Below, one piece after another: positions 35,531 through 52,720 of a stretch of 64,000 bases of DNA. The notes under the pieces were generated by a model, which was given only the letters and a program-made list of their open reading frames with translations, was not told the DNA's origin and did no database searches. The number at the start of each line of letters is the position of its first letter. Position 1 is the stretch's first letter. The DNA comes from the human T2T-CHM13v2.0 reference genome, Homo sapiens: the NCBI RefSeq assembly GCF_009914755.1, contig NC_060941.1; one strand, written 5' to 3'. The position numbers and the translations under genes were made by a program.

Positions 35531-36689
35531 TTCTTGCCCAAACTAGAGTATGCTAACAAATTTTAGAAAATCTGTTCTCAGCATCTCCTCAAGTTTGGCT
35601 CTTTTTCTCCATAGTGTCCTAAATTGCACATGCTCCAGCCCCAAGCAGAGTTCTTCCAAATGAAAAATATTATTCATGGCATAAGAACAATGGAGGTACT
35701 TTGAGATGAGGGGCCCCTTTGCAGTCAGAAGGTAGAAAGAATCAATGTTCATTACATAATTGGGATAAACATTCATTTATATGTATAGCTGTCAGGAAGC
35801 AAAACCTGATCAAAGGCCTATTAGTCACAAGGCAGGCTTTGCAAAGGGCCACTTAGTTAAGGCAGTGAATTTAACATGAAAGGGAAGAAGGGCTGGAACA
35901 CTGCAGCCTGGTACATTGTGCATTAGTAATTATTTTGTTCCTAGTTCTGCAAGCTTTCTCAAACAGAAGTTAACTGGGATCCTGAAGACTGACCATGTCA
36001 AGCACTGACGGCAGACATAGGCGAGTGATAGTTTTTCATCCCCTTGTACAATTTCTGAATTGGACAAACTTGACGACAAGACTGAGAGGCTTGACACATT
36101 TTTCAGAAAATGCTGGTCCTCAAAGACAGACTAACCCTCTTGAACCATTACAGGGCAGAACAGAACTAATTGCTCTGGCATCTCTACCTATCTCTGATAC
36201 ACAATTTGGACTTTGCTAAATTTTGGAAAGGTCATTCAGTCTGAACTTCTGTAAGGTCCATTCTGTACTCTAACATTTCAATAGCACTTTTCTGTAATAT
36301 GGAATTCTCAACCATGACAATTGTAATATTACTAGTAATATTTATATCATTTTGTTCTATAACCAGTGTGAGCCATAAATTAATATGCATTTGTTCAACA
36401 CCCACAGGACACCAGGTGCTGCTACTATACCAGAGATGGGTATTGCAGAAGTACATGGAGAGATAAATGATTTTGTTTATTTTTCACATTTTGGAAGCAC
36501 ATTTTCATTATACAAGCTCTCAGCACATTTGCATAATCTGCTAGTTGAATTAATACATTGACAATGCATGATGGAATTGCCTTCACTATGTTATGAAGGT
36601 ATAATTGTCATTATTGTTATAATTACCCTCACTTAGTGAGCCTCTACTATGGGGGCACTACATGGGGATAGCAGAGAACAATGATTAAT

Positions 36690-36920
36690 ATTACCATCTC
36701 TAAATCCACATTGCTGTGTTTGGATCCTGACTCTGCCGCTTACTGTGTGCCCTTCAAATGCAGCTTGCTTTCTTTAAGCTTCCGTTTCTCCATCTGTGGA
36801 ATGGGATTGATAACAATAGCCTCCACCTTATAGTATTGTTATAAGGACTAAATGAAGTAACTTTTGTAATGCAACCAGCGTACTATTTGATACAATTTAA
36901 TAATTATTATAATTATTATC
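36690..36920 (+). mobile_element. MIR
   Basis: 'ggatcctgactctgccgcttactgtgtg...gtttctccatctgtggaatggg'. Confidence 0.7.
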
Positions 36921-38109
36921 ATATGCAGGTAATTTGGTGGAGAAAGCAGAAAGACAAGAAAAAAAACTAAAATATTTTTGAGTAAACATCATCAGGTAGC
37001 ATTCTCTTCTGTTTGTCACCAACCTACCTTTCCAAAAATAAGAATTGCATCAGTCTTATGATAGATTTGATTTCTGGGATATCTCTAGGGTTGTGGTATT
37101 AAAGTTAGTAGAAATAAAATCTTTGCTAAGATTTTATATTCTTATGGTATCTATTTTTCAATAAGGAAGTAAAACTTTGATCTAACACTGAGTAGGAGTA
37201 ACAGCAACACAAGGAGACTTATCCACCCAAACCAAATGTTATCAATGGCTTTGTTGTGTGAGGCAGGTAGATAATATTGGAGAGAAATTAAACTTGGCCT
37301 TATGCTGGCCTTGGTCCTGAATTGGGAAGGGGATACTTCTTCATCTAGAATAGACAGGCTTCCCCACTGTATTGGTCAACCATTGTATTCTTCCATTTTA
37401 CCCATGGAGGATAATAGTAACCCTTGATTCATCCTCTGAAATGCTTTCCTCTTGAGACAATAAAGGGATAAAGAACCTTGGGTTGCAGGGCTAGGATGCC
37501 CTTCATGGATAGCCAAAATATGTCCACCATCACAAGGAAAATTCAGCTGCAACCTATGGACCCGATCTAAACCTGCCTTCCCAAATTCTCAAATCCTTGG
37601 CCCTCACCAACTTTTTCATAAGTGGCCCTGCTCTTGTCTTTATTCCAGCCCTGACATGTACATACCTGTGTGTGATTTTTTACCCTCCTGGCACTTTTTG
37701 GACTGGCCTTCTGGCTCCTATTGTTTTCACATTTGGCTTATTTTGTGCATTTTCTAAACCAGTCTTTACTCCCCTTCTCTGGCCAACTCATTGGCAACTT
37801 TGACAAGTAACTCAAGTGCTGATCTTCCTTTCAACGTATGCCTTGCCCCTACTTCTAGGGTTCTGGATCCTAAATGTGCTGGTAATGACAGATGTGCTTT
37901 CTCTCCCACCTTGGAATGTTTACTGCATTTGGCAGCCTCTTGGTGGGAGTTTCCTGTGATATCACCTCCAGAACCAAGGAGACACAGGTTGTCACTCATC
38001 CATTAGCTGCATGCCACTTACTTTACAAACACTATGCTAAATACATCATCTCGTTTAAGTCTCATAACCACTCTTAAGAAGAAGTTTTTGTTATCTCTAT
38101 TTCATGGAG

Positions 38110-38757
38110 AAATTTTAGATTGTATTCTAGTCATTGTGTTGGTATGCCGTGGAGATTCTAGATTCTGTTATATTCCTCTAAATAGTGTTAATGTTTTTGT
38201 TGTAGCGGGCAGTAAATTTGTTTAGATTCAAATTGCATACTCTGTCTAGTAAGACACCTGTGGTAGGCAGCAGCTCAAATCTCAGTTCAACTCTTTTAGC
38301 TGGGCTACTTTTAGTCTTCTTCATGCATATGTGATTTGAGAGTAAGGCACAGACCTGGCCAGAGTTGACACAGAAACTGGGGCTCCCCTACTCCATCATT
38401 TTCCTTTCTGGGCTTCCTTCTTCCCTTTCTTGAAGCCCTGGTCACCTTGGGTTCTATCTTCAATTCCTTAGGCCACAGAGATGGTGAATCTTCTCTTATG
38501 CCTTCAGCCAGCCTGTGTCATACCATGACTATGGACCATTCCTAGGACAAAATTGCAGGAAAAAAATGGGGGAGCTCATGCTCTGTTGATCTCTTCTTCC
38601 AAGTTTTAGCTCCCATCTAAAATCCACATACCTTTGTTAGCTGTCCATAGTCTTTGCGTATATTGTGTCTTTTAATATTTTGCCCAGAGTTTATAACTGT
38701 TGTTTGTGCATGTCAGATTGCTGGGTAATTATTCCACTATACTGAATGCAGAACTCC
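38110..38757 (-). mobile_element. Ancient L1ME 5'-end fragment
   Basis: 'ggagattctagattctgttatattcctct...ggcagcagctcaaatctcagttc...cccagagtttata' resembles old L1M 5' regions. Confidence 0.55.
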
Positions 38758-40059
38758 AGAAATGCTCAATAAGTGAACACTCTTATTATTATTCTCATAA
38801 TAAGTCCTCTCTTTCTGAAAGTCACAGAAACACAGATACCCTGGGCAGGCATCGTGGAGCTGACAGACAAAAGGATCCAAAATGTATCTCTGGAATATTT
38901 ACATCACTCAGCAGTGGTTCTCTCCAGAAGCTGTGTGGGAACATCACCCTTTCTGAGTCTCGATATATGTGGAGAAAAGGAGGAAGACTTATTTTCTTGA
39001 GTAAAGCACAGTTGGTGAGGTGTTAATTCTCTCCTAGCCACCTCACCCACGGAGGACACATAGCAAACAGCTCTCACTTTAGAGACAGGAGGATTTTCAA
39101 AGTACACCACACTGGCAGGATGGGACAAGCCAGCATTTTAGAGTGATCAAGAGGGCAGAAGACTCCATCCAAGTTCCCTGTAGCTCTTAAACGAGTGGGG
39201 CTGACAAATAGGGCCAGCTCATTCTTCTAAACCCTGCTGCCAGAGCTTGAAGTCTATCTGTGGAAAAGGAGCCAAAGGTTGTTTCTCATAAGGAGTGTGA
39301 CGAGGGCCAAAAGGAAAGATAACTGCCCCCGAGGAGGCCTTTCATGCCACAAGGCAGCAGAAACAGATGCTGCTTGAGAATGATTCACTTCTTAGATGCC
39401 TCCATAGCATCAGAAAGCACTCCCAATGCACTAAAACAGTTTGAAAACGTAGACACTTCCATTCTGCCTCCCCACCATACTGGCTCCAATCACATACCTA
39501 GCAACTAGTCAGAGCCAGAACCAGCATCATTAGTGCCAAGACCAAACAGAGGATGATACCAGCAGTGGGGCCTAGCAGAGAAGTGACCACAGCCAGATGA
39601 TGGCACAAGCTCCTGGAAGCTGACCTGCCCCATTCATCCTCACAAGCCAGGCACAGTCAAAATAAGTGAAAAGAAGAAATAGAGTCAGAAAGAAGAGGAG
39701 AGGAAAGACCCATGTGAAAGATACTGTGAGAATGAGATTGTAGATTAGACATTGTCTAAGACTCTAACTATCAGGACTGGGCTGGATAAAGAAAAAGAGA
39801 AATGACAAAAAAAGAAGCTTCCTGCTCTAGGCAGATAAAGAGTTTGGGGCCAATAAAAAATATCACAGTTCTGAGGATAAAAGGGAGCTTTGCATCAGAA
39901 CGTGACAAGGTGGTGACTCCCTTTTTGCACTGCCTACATGCACAGAACTCTGAATCTAGTTTCTTTAAAAAACATTGGCACATTTGAGCACATGGAAATT
40001 TAACCTCTGTAAGTTGGGAGGTACTCTCAACAGGCTAAAAGACACATAAGAGGGCAGGG

Positions 40060-40665
40060 TAATCTATTTATAATAAATAAATTAAAAGACATGTCAACAA
40101 AGTAACTCAGAGGAAAGGAACAGTTGGGCAAGTCACAAAAGCGGAGAGATGAATGTCTGAGAAACAAGAAACAAAAAAGGCTTGGTTACTCAGAGATTAA
40201 TGGAAATGCAAATAAAACAAGAAAATACGTTTTTCACCTATCAGACTGGCAAAAGTGTAAAAGATTTTCAATTTTTAATGTTGATATGGAAATGAGGGAG
40301 ACAGATACTCTCAACTCATGATGCTGAAGTCCAAATTAGGACCATACAGTCTTTTCAGAGAGCAATTAACAGTACCTGTCAAAGTATTCAATGTGCTTAT
40401 CTTTTGATAATCAGTCAGGTATCTATCTTATAGATTTCCTTCCAAGTATGTAAGAATATATGTACAAGGATTGTTTGCTATTACTTGACTTGTAATTGGG
40501 AGAAACCAGAGACAACTTCAATGCCCAACAGTAAGGGAATTATTAAAGAAATTATGGCTAATCCACAAGATTCAGGATTCAGGAATATTATTCAGCCACT
40601 AATAAGAATGAGGTGCATCTGTGTAAATAAAAGAGAAGCTTGTCCAAGATAATCGTTGAGTGGCA
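40060..40665 (+). mobile_element. Ancient L1ME ORF2-end fragment
   Basis: 'gaaatgcaaataaaacaag...tttcacctatcagactggcaaaa...aagaatgaggtgcatct'. Confidence 0.7.
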
Positions 40666-41233
40666 CAAGGATGTTGCTAAGCTTTTCTGTGTGTCATTCT
40701 CCATTCTCAGAATGTTATACTAATTCACTCATTTAATCCTCCCTATACTCCTAAGACTTGATGCTATTGTTTCTACACCATCCCCACCCACCGCCATGTT
40801 AACCATGTGGTAACTGAGGCCCAGAGAGCTTAAGTAAATTTTCGAGGTTGGCTCCAGAGTATGTGTCTTTAACTATTATGCTTTATTGCCCCTTATTTGT
40901 GTATGTATACACGTTTTATGTTTTCATAGAGACATAGAAAGTGTGTGTTTTGGAAAATGCATATAATGCAGTATATGTCTATAGTGTGCCACCTAGTTGC
41001 CCTTTAAATAACAAGGCACACATTCACCCACATGCTTGAGCCATTAGCTACTGATGGCTTATCACGCAATCCCTCCCCAGAAACTGCCCTCTGTCAAAGG
41101 GGGCTGCCTCCTCCATGTTTAAAGCCGCTTCTGCAGGGTTGAGGGGCAACTCACATCCAGTGATGCTGGAAGAGCGTGGAATACAAAGACCTGGCCCCTT
41201 GCCTCCTTTTAAAATGATTCTGAAGGTCTATCT

Positions 41234-42308
<1,075 letters not shown>

Positions 42309-42774
42309 CATCCCAGTTTCCAAGCTCCCCATACAAATCAGCTAAAGCCTTTATGGAAACTAGACCTCAGTTCATCTTCCCCTCTGCCCAAGCTGCTTCC
42401 TGATACAACCAAGTTTTTGTTGTTGTTGTTGTTGTTTTGTTTTGTTTTTGTTTTTGTTTTTGTCCTCTTGGCTTCTCCAAGTTTTGTCTGGAAGATTTGA
42501 TATTTTTGAATCTCCACGGGCTCTGTTGTCAGATGGTAAAGGAAACCTGCTGCATTTTTTTCCTCAAATCCCTATCACACACACAAAAAAAAAAAACCAT
42601 GAGGCACTGAGCCTTGTCAGAGTTCTGAATTTATTATATAAAATGAAAAGAGGTGTGCATTCAGCCCACTGAGAGTAAGATTTGCTGATGGAGAGGACAT
42701 TGATTGATTTAGTGGTTAGAACAGAAGCCCAGGAATTTCTAGGTCTCCATTTTACTTGAAAAACTGGTGCCTCG

Positions 42775-42935
42775 TTTGTTCATTCATTCTCTGTGCATTC
42801 ATTCATTCATTCATTGATCAAAAGTATGTTGAGTGCCTAGTCCCTGTCAAGTATTATGCTTTGGGGAGGTGGATGGGCTTGATCACAATCTGGTGAGACA
42901 ACACAATGACTTCCTTGTTGGTGAGTTACTCTCTA
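42775..42935 (-). mobile_element. L2 3' end
   Basis: (CATT)n followed by 'aagtatgttgagtgcctag'. Confidence 0.6.
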
Positions 42936-45296
42936 GATGTTAGATGTACCGTTCAGTGAACTTGGTCCAATGGAGGACAACCAGTTGCCATTGCACCTGT
43001 CCCAGTGAGCTCTCCAGGGTTTAGGTAAATTTGAGATGAAGTGAGTCACTCCAGCCCACAGACAAAGCTACTGGAGAATTTTCTTCCTGAGTGGTTGCAG
43101 AGATTCTCTTTTATACCATGTAGAACAAATATAGGAAATTTCCTGTTAAATTTAGATAGCAAATGTATTGTGATAACTGCTGATGATAAGAGCAGCCTTT
43201 TGCTCTTAAAGAATATTTGGGTGAGTGATAAGATTCTGAGCTGACAGTCGAGAACTGAAATCACATATGCAAATGGAACAGTAGGGAAGCTAAGTGGACA
43301 CTCAGAGAACGGAAAAATGAATAAGTGAATCAATGAAACTCAACTGTGCCGAGAAGAATGCTTTACACATTGCAGGTGCTCAATAAAGGTCACTAAAACA
43401 AAATGGAGAAACTGAAGCCTACACACTGGGTAACTTCCTCTCCATCTTCCTTCCAATGTATTTTGTGCACCTATCATGTGTTAGACATATTCTTGGGACT
43501 AATGCCTTTGCACACGCTAAGTCAAAGCATGCTCTACAATTCCAGGCAGAATTGTTCTCCACACTCCCTCCTACTATTTTGCCATATCCAGATCCTTTAA
43601 AAAGAGCTTCTACATCCAGAGAGGAAGAAAGAGAGAGAGAGAAAATGAAAGCTCAAAGTCATTTCACATGTAGCTATTGAACTTAAACCAAACTGGCTCT
43701 TGAAATGATTCTTTTGACAGAGGATCTGCTCTTAGAGCAACAGAAGCATTATGTCAGTGCAGTGATGACTGAGATATTTTTAGATGCCCATGTTCTGACT
43801 TTAAGCAAAAAGTGGAGCTGTCCAGTACTCAGCAGAAACCGGCATCCAACAGCAGAAACCTCTGGTATTGTGGGGACGCAGAGCTAAGGTGGCTGAGGGA
43901 AAATCCAATCAGATGTTCAAGCTCAAATTTTTATGAGAGATTACATAGGACCTTTGTTTGTGGAAGTCACTTTTGAACTATGAATAGCACTTGCCTATTC
44001 TTGAGTAGTCATCTTACAACAATGTAAATGACATGCTTAGCTGAAACCTACTGAATGAATACCAGTTGACAAAAAGAAAGGATTCAAAGTAAAATGTCCT
44101 CAGGCTGGTACCATGAAGGAAAGAAGCAGTCAGGTGGGAACAGTGGTGACCTAGAGAGCCTGTACTCAGAGGGAAGGATCATCAAACTCCAAATTCAAGC
44201 CCATTATATAGCCCTGTGGGAATTCAGACTCTGGTATGAGCCTAGGATGTTTCAAGAGAAGCAGGAAATCTTGACTTCTATCGAAATTTCTCAATATTTA
44301 AGAAAGAAATAGGCACCCTCTAGAGACATATTTTGGTTAGGTTTAACCAATGGGAGGCACCAGAAGGCAAATGGCCACCTCAGAGAGTGGGGACAAGGGA
44401 AACCAAGAGGATGAACAGGACGTGCAGCAGTTGGATGTTGTCACGGCAACCAAGAATGGGGTACTGGGAAAGGATAACTTCCTTCTTCCCTTTTTTTCTT
44501 TTGTAGCTTTGGCATTTAGATAAAAACCATGAAGGGTATTGTGTGAATAAAGACCTGATTTTCCCTGTAAGACACATTTGGTTTTTCTCTCACACTGCTC
44601 TCCTGGCTTTGCAGCACCTTGGAGAAGTCGGGAGAGGCCCTCTTAGTTCTGAGGTGACTGAGCCTCTATCGTGTGGGCTGGCTGTGTATCTGAAAATATC
44701 GAGCTGTGCTCCAAAAGCTTTTCCACCGGGTAAGGGCCTGGTCCTTCCTGCGTGTTGACAGTGTATCTTTGAGGAATTTGTAGGAAAAGGTGGGAAAACA
44801 GAATGTGTTACCAACCTTCTTTAGTACAGATAAAATATACCTCATGCTATTCTTTGTTTTCTCCTTGGATTTTCTGGAACTTCATTTTACTATCTGAAAC
44901 TTCCTTTCCAGGCTTGATGAAGAAAGCCTTCAAGTTGTAGAATGAGATGAAAGTGGCTCTGGGCTGGGGATCTGGGGACCTAGGCCAGTTGATAATAAGT
45001 TGAGTTTGGTCAAGTGTCTCTGAAACTCAGTTATTCTTACTTGTAATGCAACAGCAATAAGGTGATGGCCTACTGTGAAGTCGGGAGCCTCAGACCCAGG
45101 GCAGACAATCTGGGCTCAGTTCAAGATTTAATATAATCTAGATGTGTGATTTTGGTAGATCACGTCTCCTGGTTTCAGTTTCCCAATTGGTAAAATTAAA
45201 GTGCTGAGTTGTTCATTTATCCAACAAATATTTGTTGAGCTCTTAATATGTGCCAGGTTGTTCAGGAGTTGGACTAATGTTAAATATTTCATAGTT

Positions 45297-45757
45297 ATTT
45301 CTCTGGTTAAATGTTGCCCTCCAAAGCATATATATATATATATATATATATCTCCACATCCTAATCCTGGGAACCTGTGAATGTGACCTTATTTGAAAAA
45401 AGGCTCTTTGCAGATATAACTAAGAGATGAGGTGATCGTAGATTACCAGGTGAGTCCTAAACCCTTTGACAAGTATTCTTGTCAGAGACACGCAGAGGAG
45501 AGAACAACATAGGAATAGGCCATGTGAAAACAGAGGCAGAACTTAGTGATGTGGCCATAAGCCAAGGATATCTGGGGACACCAGAACTTGAAAAGGCAAG
45601 GAAGAATTATCCTCTGGAGCCTTCTGAGAGAGTATGGCCCTACCAATACCTCGATTTCAGACTTCTGGGTTCCAGAACTGAGGGAAAATAAATTTTTATT
45701 GTTTTAAGCCACTGAGTTTGTGGTAATTTGTTATGGCAGCTTTAGGAAATGAATACA
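45297..45757 (+). mobile_element. MLT1C-like MaLR LTR with internal (TA)n
   Basis: 'gaacctgtgaatgtgaccttatttg...gtggtaatttgttatggcagctttaggaaatgaataca'. Confidence 0.88.
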
Positions 45758-46268
45758 ATGAGGTTCAGGCCCACCAACTGGCAACTGACTTCTCCTCTTT
45801 TGTGGGATGACCATCTGTGGATGCGCAAAGGACTTTCATGAAGCAGCAACACCATTTGGTTCAACTCAAAGTTCCCTGCTGAGGGTACAATCCAAGGTGG
45901 TTCTTTCTGCTCAGGTTACCATGGTCCCCACCACATGATGATGTCATTCTTGAGGGAGGCAGCTGGTTTACCAGGAGAAAACATCTGACTCAAGCTTGTA
46001 AGCAGGCTGTGATGAACAAATTGGATCGATTAAATTCTTCTCTTTGCAGAGTTTGAATTTAAGACACACAAAAAAATTAGTTGTTAGAAGATGCAAAAGA
46101 AGGAAATGTGAAGAACCTACAAGGTGGTGGAAAACATATATAATTTAATAAATGTAATATAGCAATAAATAAATAATTAGAATAAATAATTCTAAATAAA
46201 ATTTAGAATTTAATAAATAAAATATAGAATTTATGGTAGAGAAAATATGCTTTTAAAAATCAATTTGT

Positions 46269-46564
<296 letters not shown>

Positions 46565-47832
46565 TAAAAATCAATTTGTTATGTTTGAAAGTGGATTGGC
46601 CCCCACTGGGAAAAGGATTACTGTTTCAAAGTTCACATTTCCAATGTCTTCTCTTGCCACTCTCCCCATTTGTCAGTGCATTTTCAGGTTTCCCCCATTT
46701 AAGGTTTTTATCAGGCTAGCCAGAGGCTTCACCTGGATTCTTCTCCTAGGGCTTCTTACCTGAACCATATGTTGGAGATAATCCCATCCTGGACAGCAGT
46801 CCTGGCTTCCAGAAACACTGGCCTAGCCCATGATGTCTTCTTTTTTTGTTATCTGAGAAATGTGCACATTGTCCTACAGAAACTTACTAAAAAGTCACAG
46901 AGACCGGCAGTAGATGACTGTTCTAGCTCCATGCCTAGTGCCAGGTTCACACTACTCCTGAAAAATGATTAATAAAAAGGATAACAATAAGTATCATTTC
47001 TTGAACTCCAATACCAGGTCAAGTGCCAGAGTAGGAATTTAGCATGAATTATCTTGGATTCTCATTATAATTCTGCCAGGGGGATAGTATCATCTCCTTT
47101 TCAGGCATTTATTATTAACAGTATTTATCTGGCAGAAAGTTTTTGAAGATCATCGATGATATGTCTAAAATGGTACACAGGAAACACTTATGTTGGTTGT
47201 TGCTGCTGCCACTACTACTACTGAGGAGAGTAGCTCAGGAGGTTACGTAATTTCTCCAAGGGTCACAGAGATGGCACTGATGGAGCCAGGATCTGTTCCT
47301 TGACCTGTTTGATTCTGTGTCTGTACTACTTTTGACTATTTCCCAGGTCTTTCATGGGGAACAAGGCAATGGCTAAGCCTTAGCCATGGGTGAATCTGGT
47401 CACTGACATGACCTGGATTGCCCCAGAAGGGCACTGTGGGCTACACAGTAACTCTTCACTCTTAGAAGGGAAGTGACTGTGGACAACAGTGACCATGATG
47501 CCTCACCTGACCTTGGAAAGCACGTGTGGAACCCACTATGTCCTTTCAGAGAGACTGTGGTTTCTTTATCCGGGCAGTGTCTCTCTACTCAGCACTCTCT
47601 AAAATCCCCTGCCTTCTGCTCTAGATACCTACTGCTTCTTTTGCCCTTCAATTTAGCTCAACGCCAGTGGACTCCCCTGCACTTGATGGTGACATCTGTT
47701 TCCATTCTAGCCTCCAAAAAATTTTTCAAAAGTTCCCATTGACCCACTTGTTCATTGCAATTTTTGTTGGAACACCCCTCCCAGTCCTTGAGGGTTAACA
47801 TTGTGATGGACGTTCTGCTAGTTCTTCTAAAA

Positions 47833-48043
47833 CAGAGGTTGGCAAAGCACAGCCACTGATCAAGACTAGACAACTGCCTGTTTTTATAAATAAAGTTTTA
47901 TTGGAACTTTATTAAGTGAGCCATGCTCATTTGTGTGCCTATAATCCATGGCGGCTTTGGCACTGCAATGTCAGGGTTAAGTAGTCACAACAGAGCCTGT
48001 ATGGCCTACAAAGCCCTTTACAGAAAGAGTTTGCTGACCTCTT
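47833..48043 (+). mobile_element. MER58A hAT-Charlie element
   Basis: 'cagaggttggcaaa...ctgcctgtttttataaataaagttttattggaac...ccctttacagaaagagtttgctgacc'. Confidence 0.85.
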
Positions 48044-48082
48044 CCCTGGACTATAGAATATTTTCTATGTACATACCTCTAT

Positions 48083-48136
48083 ATGTGTGTGTGTGTTTGT
48101 GTGTATGTGTTTGTGTGTGTGTGTCTGTGTGTGTGT
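48083..48136. repeat. Interrupted (TG)n
   Basis: Read directly from the sequence. Confidence 0.9.
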
Positions 48137-50761
48137 ACATTTTACTGAGACTCAATCCATTAGGCATAGGCATGAGAGGTTTTATTAATTCCAGTAGCCA
48201 TCTTCACCTAAGTCACGTTGCTCTTACTTTCCCTCCAGGTAGAATCTTCTTTAATGATATCTAGGTCCACTTTTATAATTTTCAACCACCTTCAGTTATT
48301 AAAAGTCTCTGTCTGGTAAACTGATTAACACATCTCGTTTTTTAGCACCAGCTAGAAGTGTGGCCCTAGCTAGTTCAGAACATATTCCCTGGCTGCAAGA
48401 TACATCCCATCTCCCTTTTCTACTCATGAAACAATTTTAGAGGAATGAGGAGGGAGAGGTGGAAAAATTTAAAACTCCTTACTTTGCTGGTGATACTGCA
48501 TTTCTCTCTTTGGTTAGACAAACTTACCAATCTTGCTGTCTGTCTGTCAGCCCCATGAAGATGGCTGGTGGCTCCAGTGTGGGGGAATGAGTGATTAGTT
48601 GTCAGGCATTGGAAGCCCCCTGAGGCATCCGGTCACTTCTTCTAGCTGGTTTCTAGCTGGTGGCAGTCACCACACATCTCTCTGATATGTCCCTCTTTGC
48701 CTCCCCATCCCCCAGTACTGCATAGGCCCTGTCTCCAGCCTCCACTCTCATCTCCTCTCCCCTCCCCAGCTACCTCTGGGGCATGACTCCCTCCACCTAT
48801 CTTCCTCCTGTTCTCCTTTCTCCTGGCTGACATCCTTCCAGGGAAAATTACTGTGATTCCTCCTTACAGCACACACTTCCCACCTTAAGATGGGATTTTC
48901 TGTAAGCTTTGTCCTCCCTTGTGCTCTCCTCCCCCTTGAGAAGAGGAATGATAACCTCTCACTTCAACCCCTGTATACCTCACAAGGCTAATAGCTTCTT
49001 TAGCATCTCTTGTTATTGGCCCAGAGGGAAAAAGGAGGCACATGTATAATGGTAGTAGAATCAATTCTGGCTTGGTCTAGCATGGCTTAGAGGAGGGTGG
49101 CCACAGCCAGTTGCTAGTGGCTCTCCTTAGAATGTAGGATGCTTAGCATTTGTTCTCATCTTTGGATTGTAACCACTATACTGATAAAAAAAAATCACTT
49201 GTCAATTTCAAAAGTTTGCATTTGTATGAACATATGTGGAGGAGAGGATTTTAAAAGGGCGAAGGACTTTTCTTGTTTTGAAGAAAATAGGAAAGTGTTC
49301 TAGTTATCATGTCAAAACTTGCTTTTACCTATTCACTGATATATTGTGAATACCTTTCTGTCTTTGTATGTATACATTTACATTAACCTTTTTAATGTCT
49401 GCATAATACTCCATCATACTACATCCTCTGATGTATTTACTAATTTTCCTATTGATGAACACTTAGATTGCATAAGGTTTTACTACCATAAATAATACTG
49501 CGATAAATACACCATATACATGTCCTTGCACTTGATTCTAATTATTTCTCTGGAAGAAAGTTCTAAAAGCAGAATTGCATGCCAGAGCATATACATAATT
49601 TTATTCTGATACACAGTTCTAAAGTGCTACTTTAACACTCCCATTAACAATGAATTAAAGAGATTATTTTTCTTCTACCTGCTGTCCAATACTGAATAGT
49701 ATCAGTTATTTTAAGATTTGCCAGTAGGAGCTAGGAAAAGTGATATTATCTTTTTCTCCCCCTAATATAAATTCAATTCAATTAAATAGATGTATTTTGC
49801 GTGGCTGCCAGGCATAAGGCGCAAAGACAGGAAGAAGAACCATCTCTGCCTATATCCCCATAAAGGTAGTGAAGGAAGGCTCTAGGGTGTAATGGAAGCA
49901 GCACTGTCTTTGAAAGAAAGCCTGGTATTCGAACTGCAGCTTTGCTATTTACCAGCCGGGTCATCTCCAGCAGCAGCTCCCTGAGCCTTTGTTTCCTCAT
50001 CCAAATATGTGCATGATAATAACCTTGTACTTGGCACGTATTGGCTGGAAAATGGCATCTACTACCACCATGGCAAGAGAGACTTTGCTAAGTATATGCA
50101 ATATGAAAGGGAAAGATAGAAAAGAAAGCATCCATGCTTACTGTTGAAAGCGGAAGGATATCAGGGAAAGATTTGTGGATTTGAGTTGGACTTGTTTCTT
50201 TGAAAGATGGGGCTGCGAGGGAAGAACTGTTGTAGGAAAATGTGTGGAGAAAGATGTTAAGCATGACGAGGTGGGAGTGGGGACAGAATGCAGTTCTGAG
50301 TGGCTAGGGCAGAGCATGTCACGGAGTGAAATGGGGCGCTGTATAGTGTATGAGCCAGAATGTGAGCACTGAGTAGCAGGTGCGGGTAAGTCGTTAAGTT
50401 TCCAACCTATCTGCAATAGAGAAGAGCTGAAAATTTTGGAGGAGAAAAGCACAGGAAGAGAGCAAGCAGTATGTCACCTGAAAGGTAAACTTTGTAAGGA
50501 CTTCTAACCCACCATATTCAATTTGCTTCCGTACTGACTTATCCTAATGAAACAATGACCCCAAACCATGATCACCTAAAGTAGCAATGGCCCTTTCCCA
50601 ATCTACAAGAAAATTAGGTGTAGAATTGTCTCTGTGCTTAGGGTATTCTCCTGCCTTTTTGCTTTTCTTTCTTTAATCTTTGATAGTCACAAACACTGTC
50701 TACTCTAGATTCTAATACAAAATTGTATCTGGCTCATCATAACATTGTAAAGTGTTGCTTA

Positions 50762-51049
50762 TTTTTTCAGATGGGGTCTCACTCTGTTGCCCAGTCTGGA
50801 GTGCAGTGGTGCAATCATGGCTCACTGCAGCCTCAAACTCCCAAGCGCAAGTGGTCCTCACACATCAGCCTCCTGAGTAGCTGCAACTACAGGCACGCAC
50901 CTCCACATCTGGCTAATTTTAAAAAAATTTTGTACAGATTGGCTCTCCCTATGTTGCCTAGGCTGGTCTCAAACTCCTGGGCTCAAGTGATCCTCCCAAC
51001 AAGGCATCCCAAAGTGCTGGGATTACAGGTGTGAGCCACCGTGCCTGGC
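50762..51049 (-). mobile_element. AluJ
   Basis: J-type 'tcatggctcactgcagcctcaaactcc' and 'ctcctgggctcaagtgatcctccc'. Confidence 0.9.
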
Positions 51050-51560
51050 TAGGCGTTTGCTTTAATTTGAATATATTATACCAATACCAACGTGGTGTTT
51101 GCAAAAAGTATGAGGAATTCTGTGTCTCCATCTCTGGGACACACTTGTGAACAATTGTTACAAACTATGAGCATCTTCAGGGCAGAGACTGGTGCACTAT
51201 TTATTCTTGTTTTCCTCCCAGAAGCTGGTCCAAAGCATAAGACGTAGTAGCGCCTCAAAAAATTCTTGTTGAAATAAGTAGAATATTCTGAATTCTGTAG
51301 AGAATGGTAGAACGTGAAAGAGAGATATAAAGTCCTATACCAACCCAGCAAAGAAGTTGGTAAATGGTTCAACAAAAATGACAGACATATAATAAAAACG
51401 TTAATCAAAACTGTAAAACACAATGAAACTGTAGGCATGATACAATAAGGTCATTGAGTAAAATTGTGCAACTGATATTGCAATATATATTTTAAATGAA
51501 TAGGGTTTATTTATCAATTAAAATTTATTTTTAAAATACTTCATTTTTCTTCCAAACAAA

Positions 51561-51561
<1 letters not shown>

Positions 51562-51607
<46 letters not shown>
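51562..51607. repeat. (CA)23 pure microsatellite
   Basis: Read directly from the sequence. Confidence 0.97.
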
Positions 51608-51611
<4 letters not shown>

Positions 51612-52006
51612 TCATTTCTCAACATTCTTTTCACTGCAACATTTGACATAGGAATAGAAACAGATTGTTGAACCAGCTTTTTAACAAATGTGGAGCAGCA
51701 GGTTCTTTGTTGAAAAACTATTTCCACTTATCAAGAAATGTTTTTCTCTGAAAAGAAGTGAACACTGTGTTCAAAGCATTGACTTCCTTATAAAGCAAAT
51801 TGGGAGCCAGCTCATTTTTCCACACTGATAACGTTCAGATTTGAATTATTTCAATCAAAGAGGGAGATGCTCAGGATTGACCTAAGCTAAAGCAGCCAGA
51901 GACTATGTGGTCAAGAAAACCGCTTTATTTGAGAGGATTGTGATTCCAGCTAGTGCTGCAGAGGTAAATGTATTAACTAGTTGAATTGATATGTAATCCC
52001 CTGTAA

Positions 52007-52718
<712 letters not shown>

Positions 52719-52720
52719 GG

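Noticed and set aside
44300-44580. Possible old LTR remnant (ccaatgggaggcacc...aataaa...gtaagaca)
   Set aside because: Too degraded to assign a family or boundaries by eye
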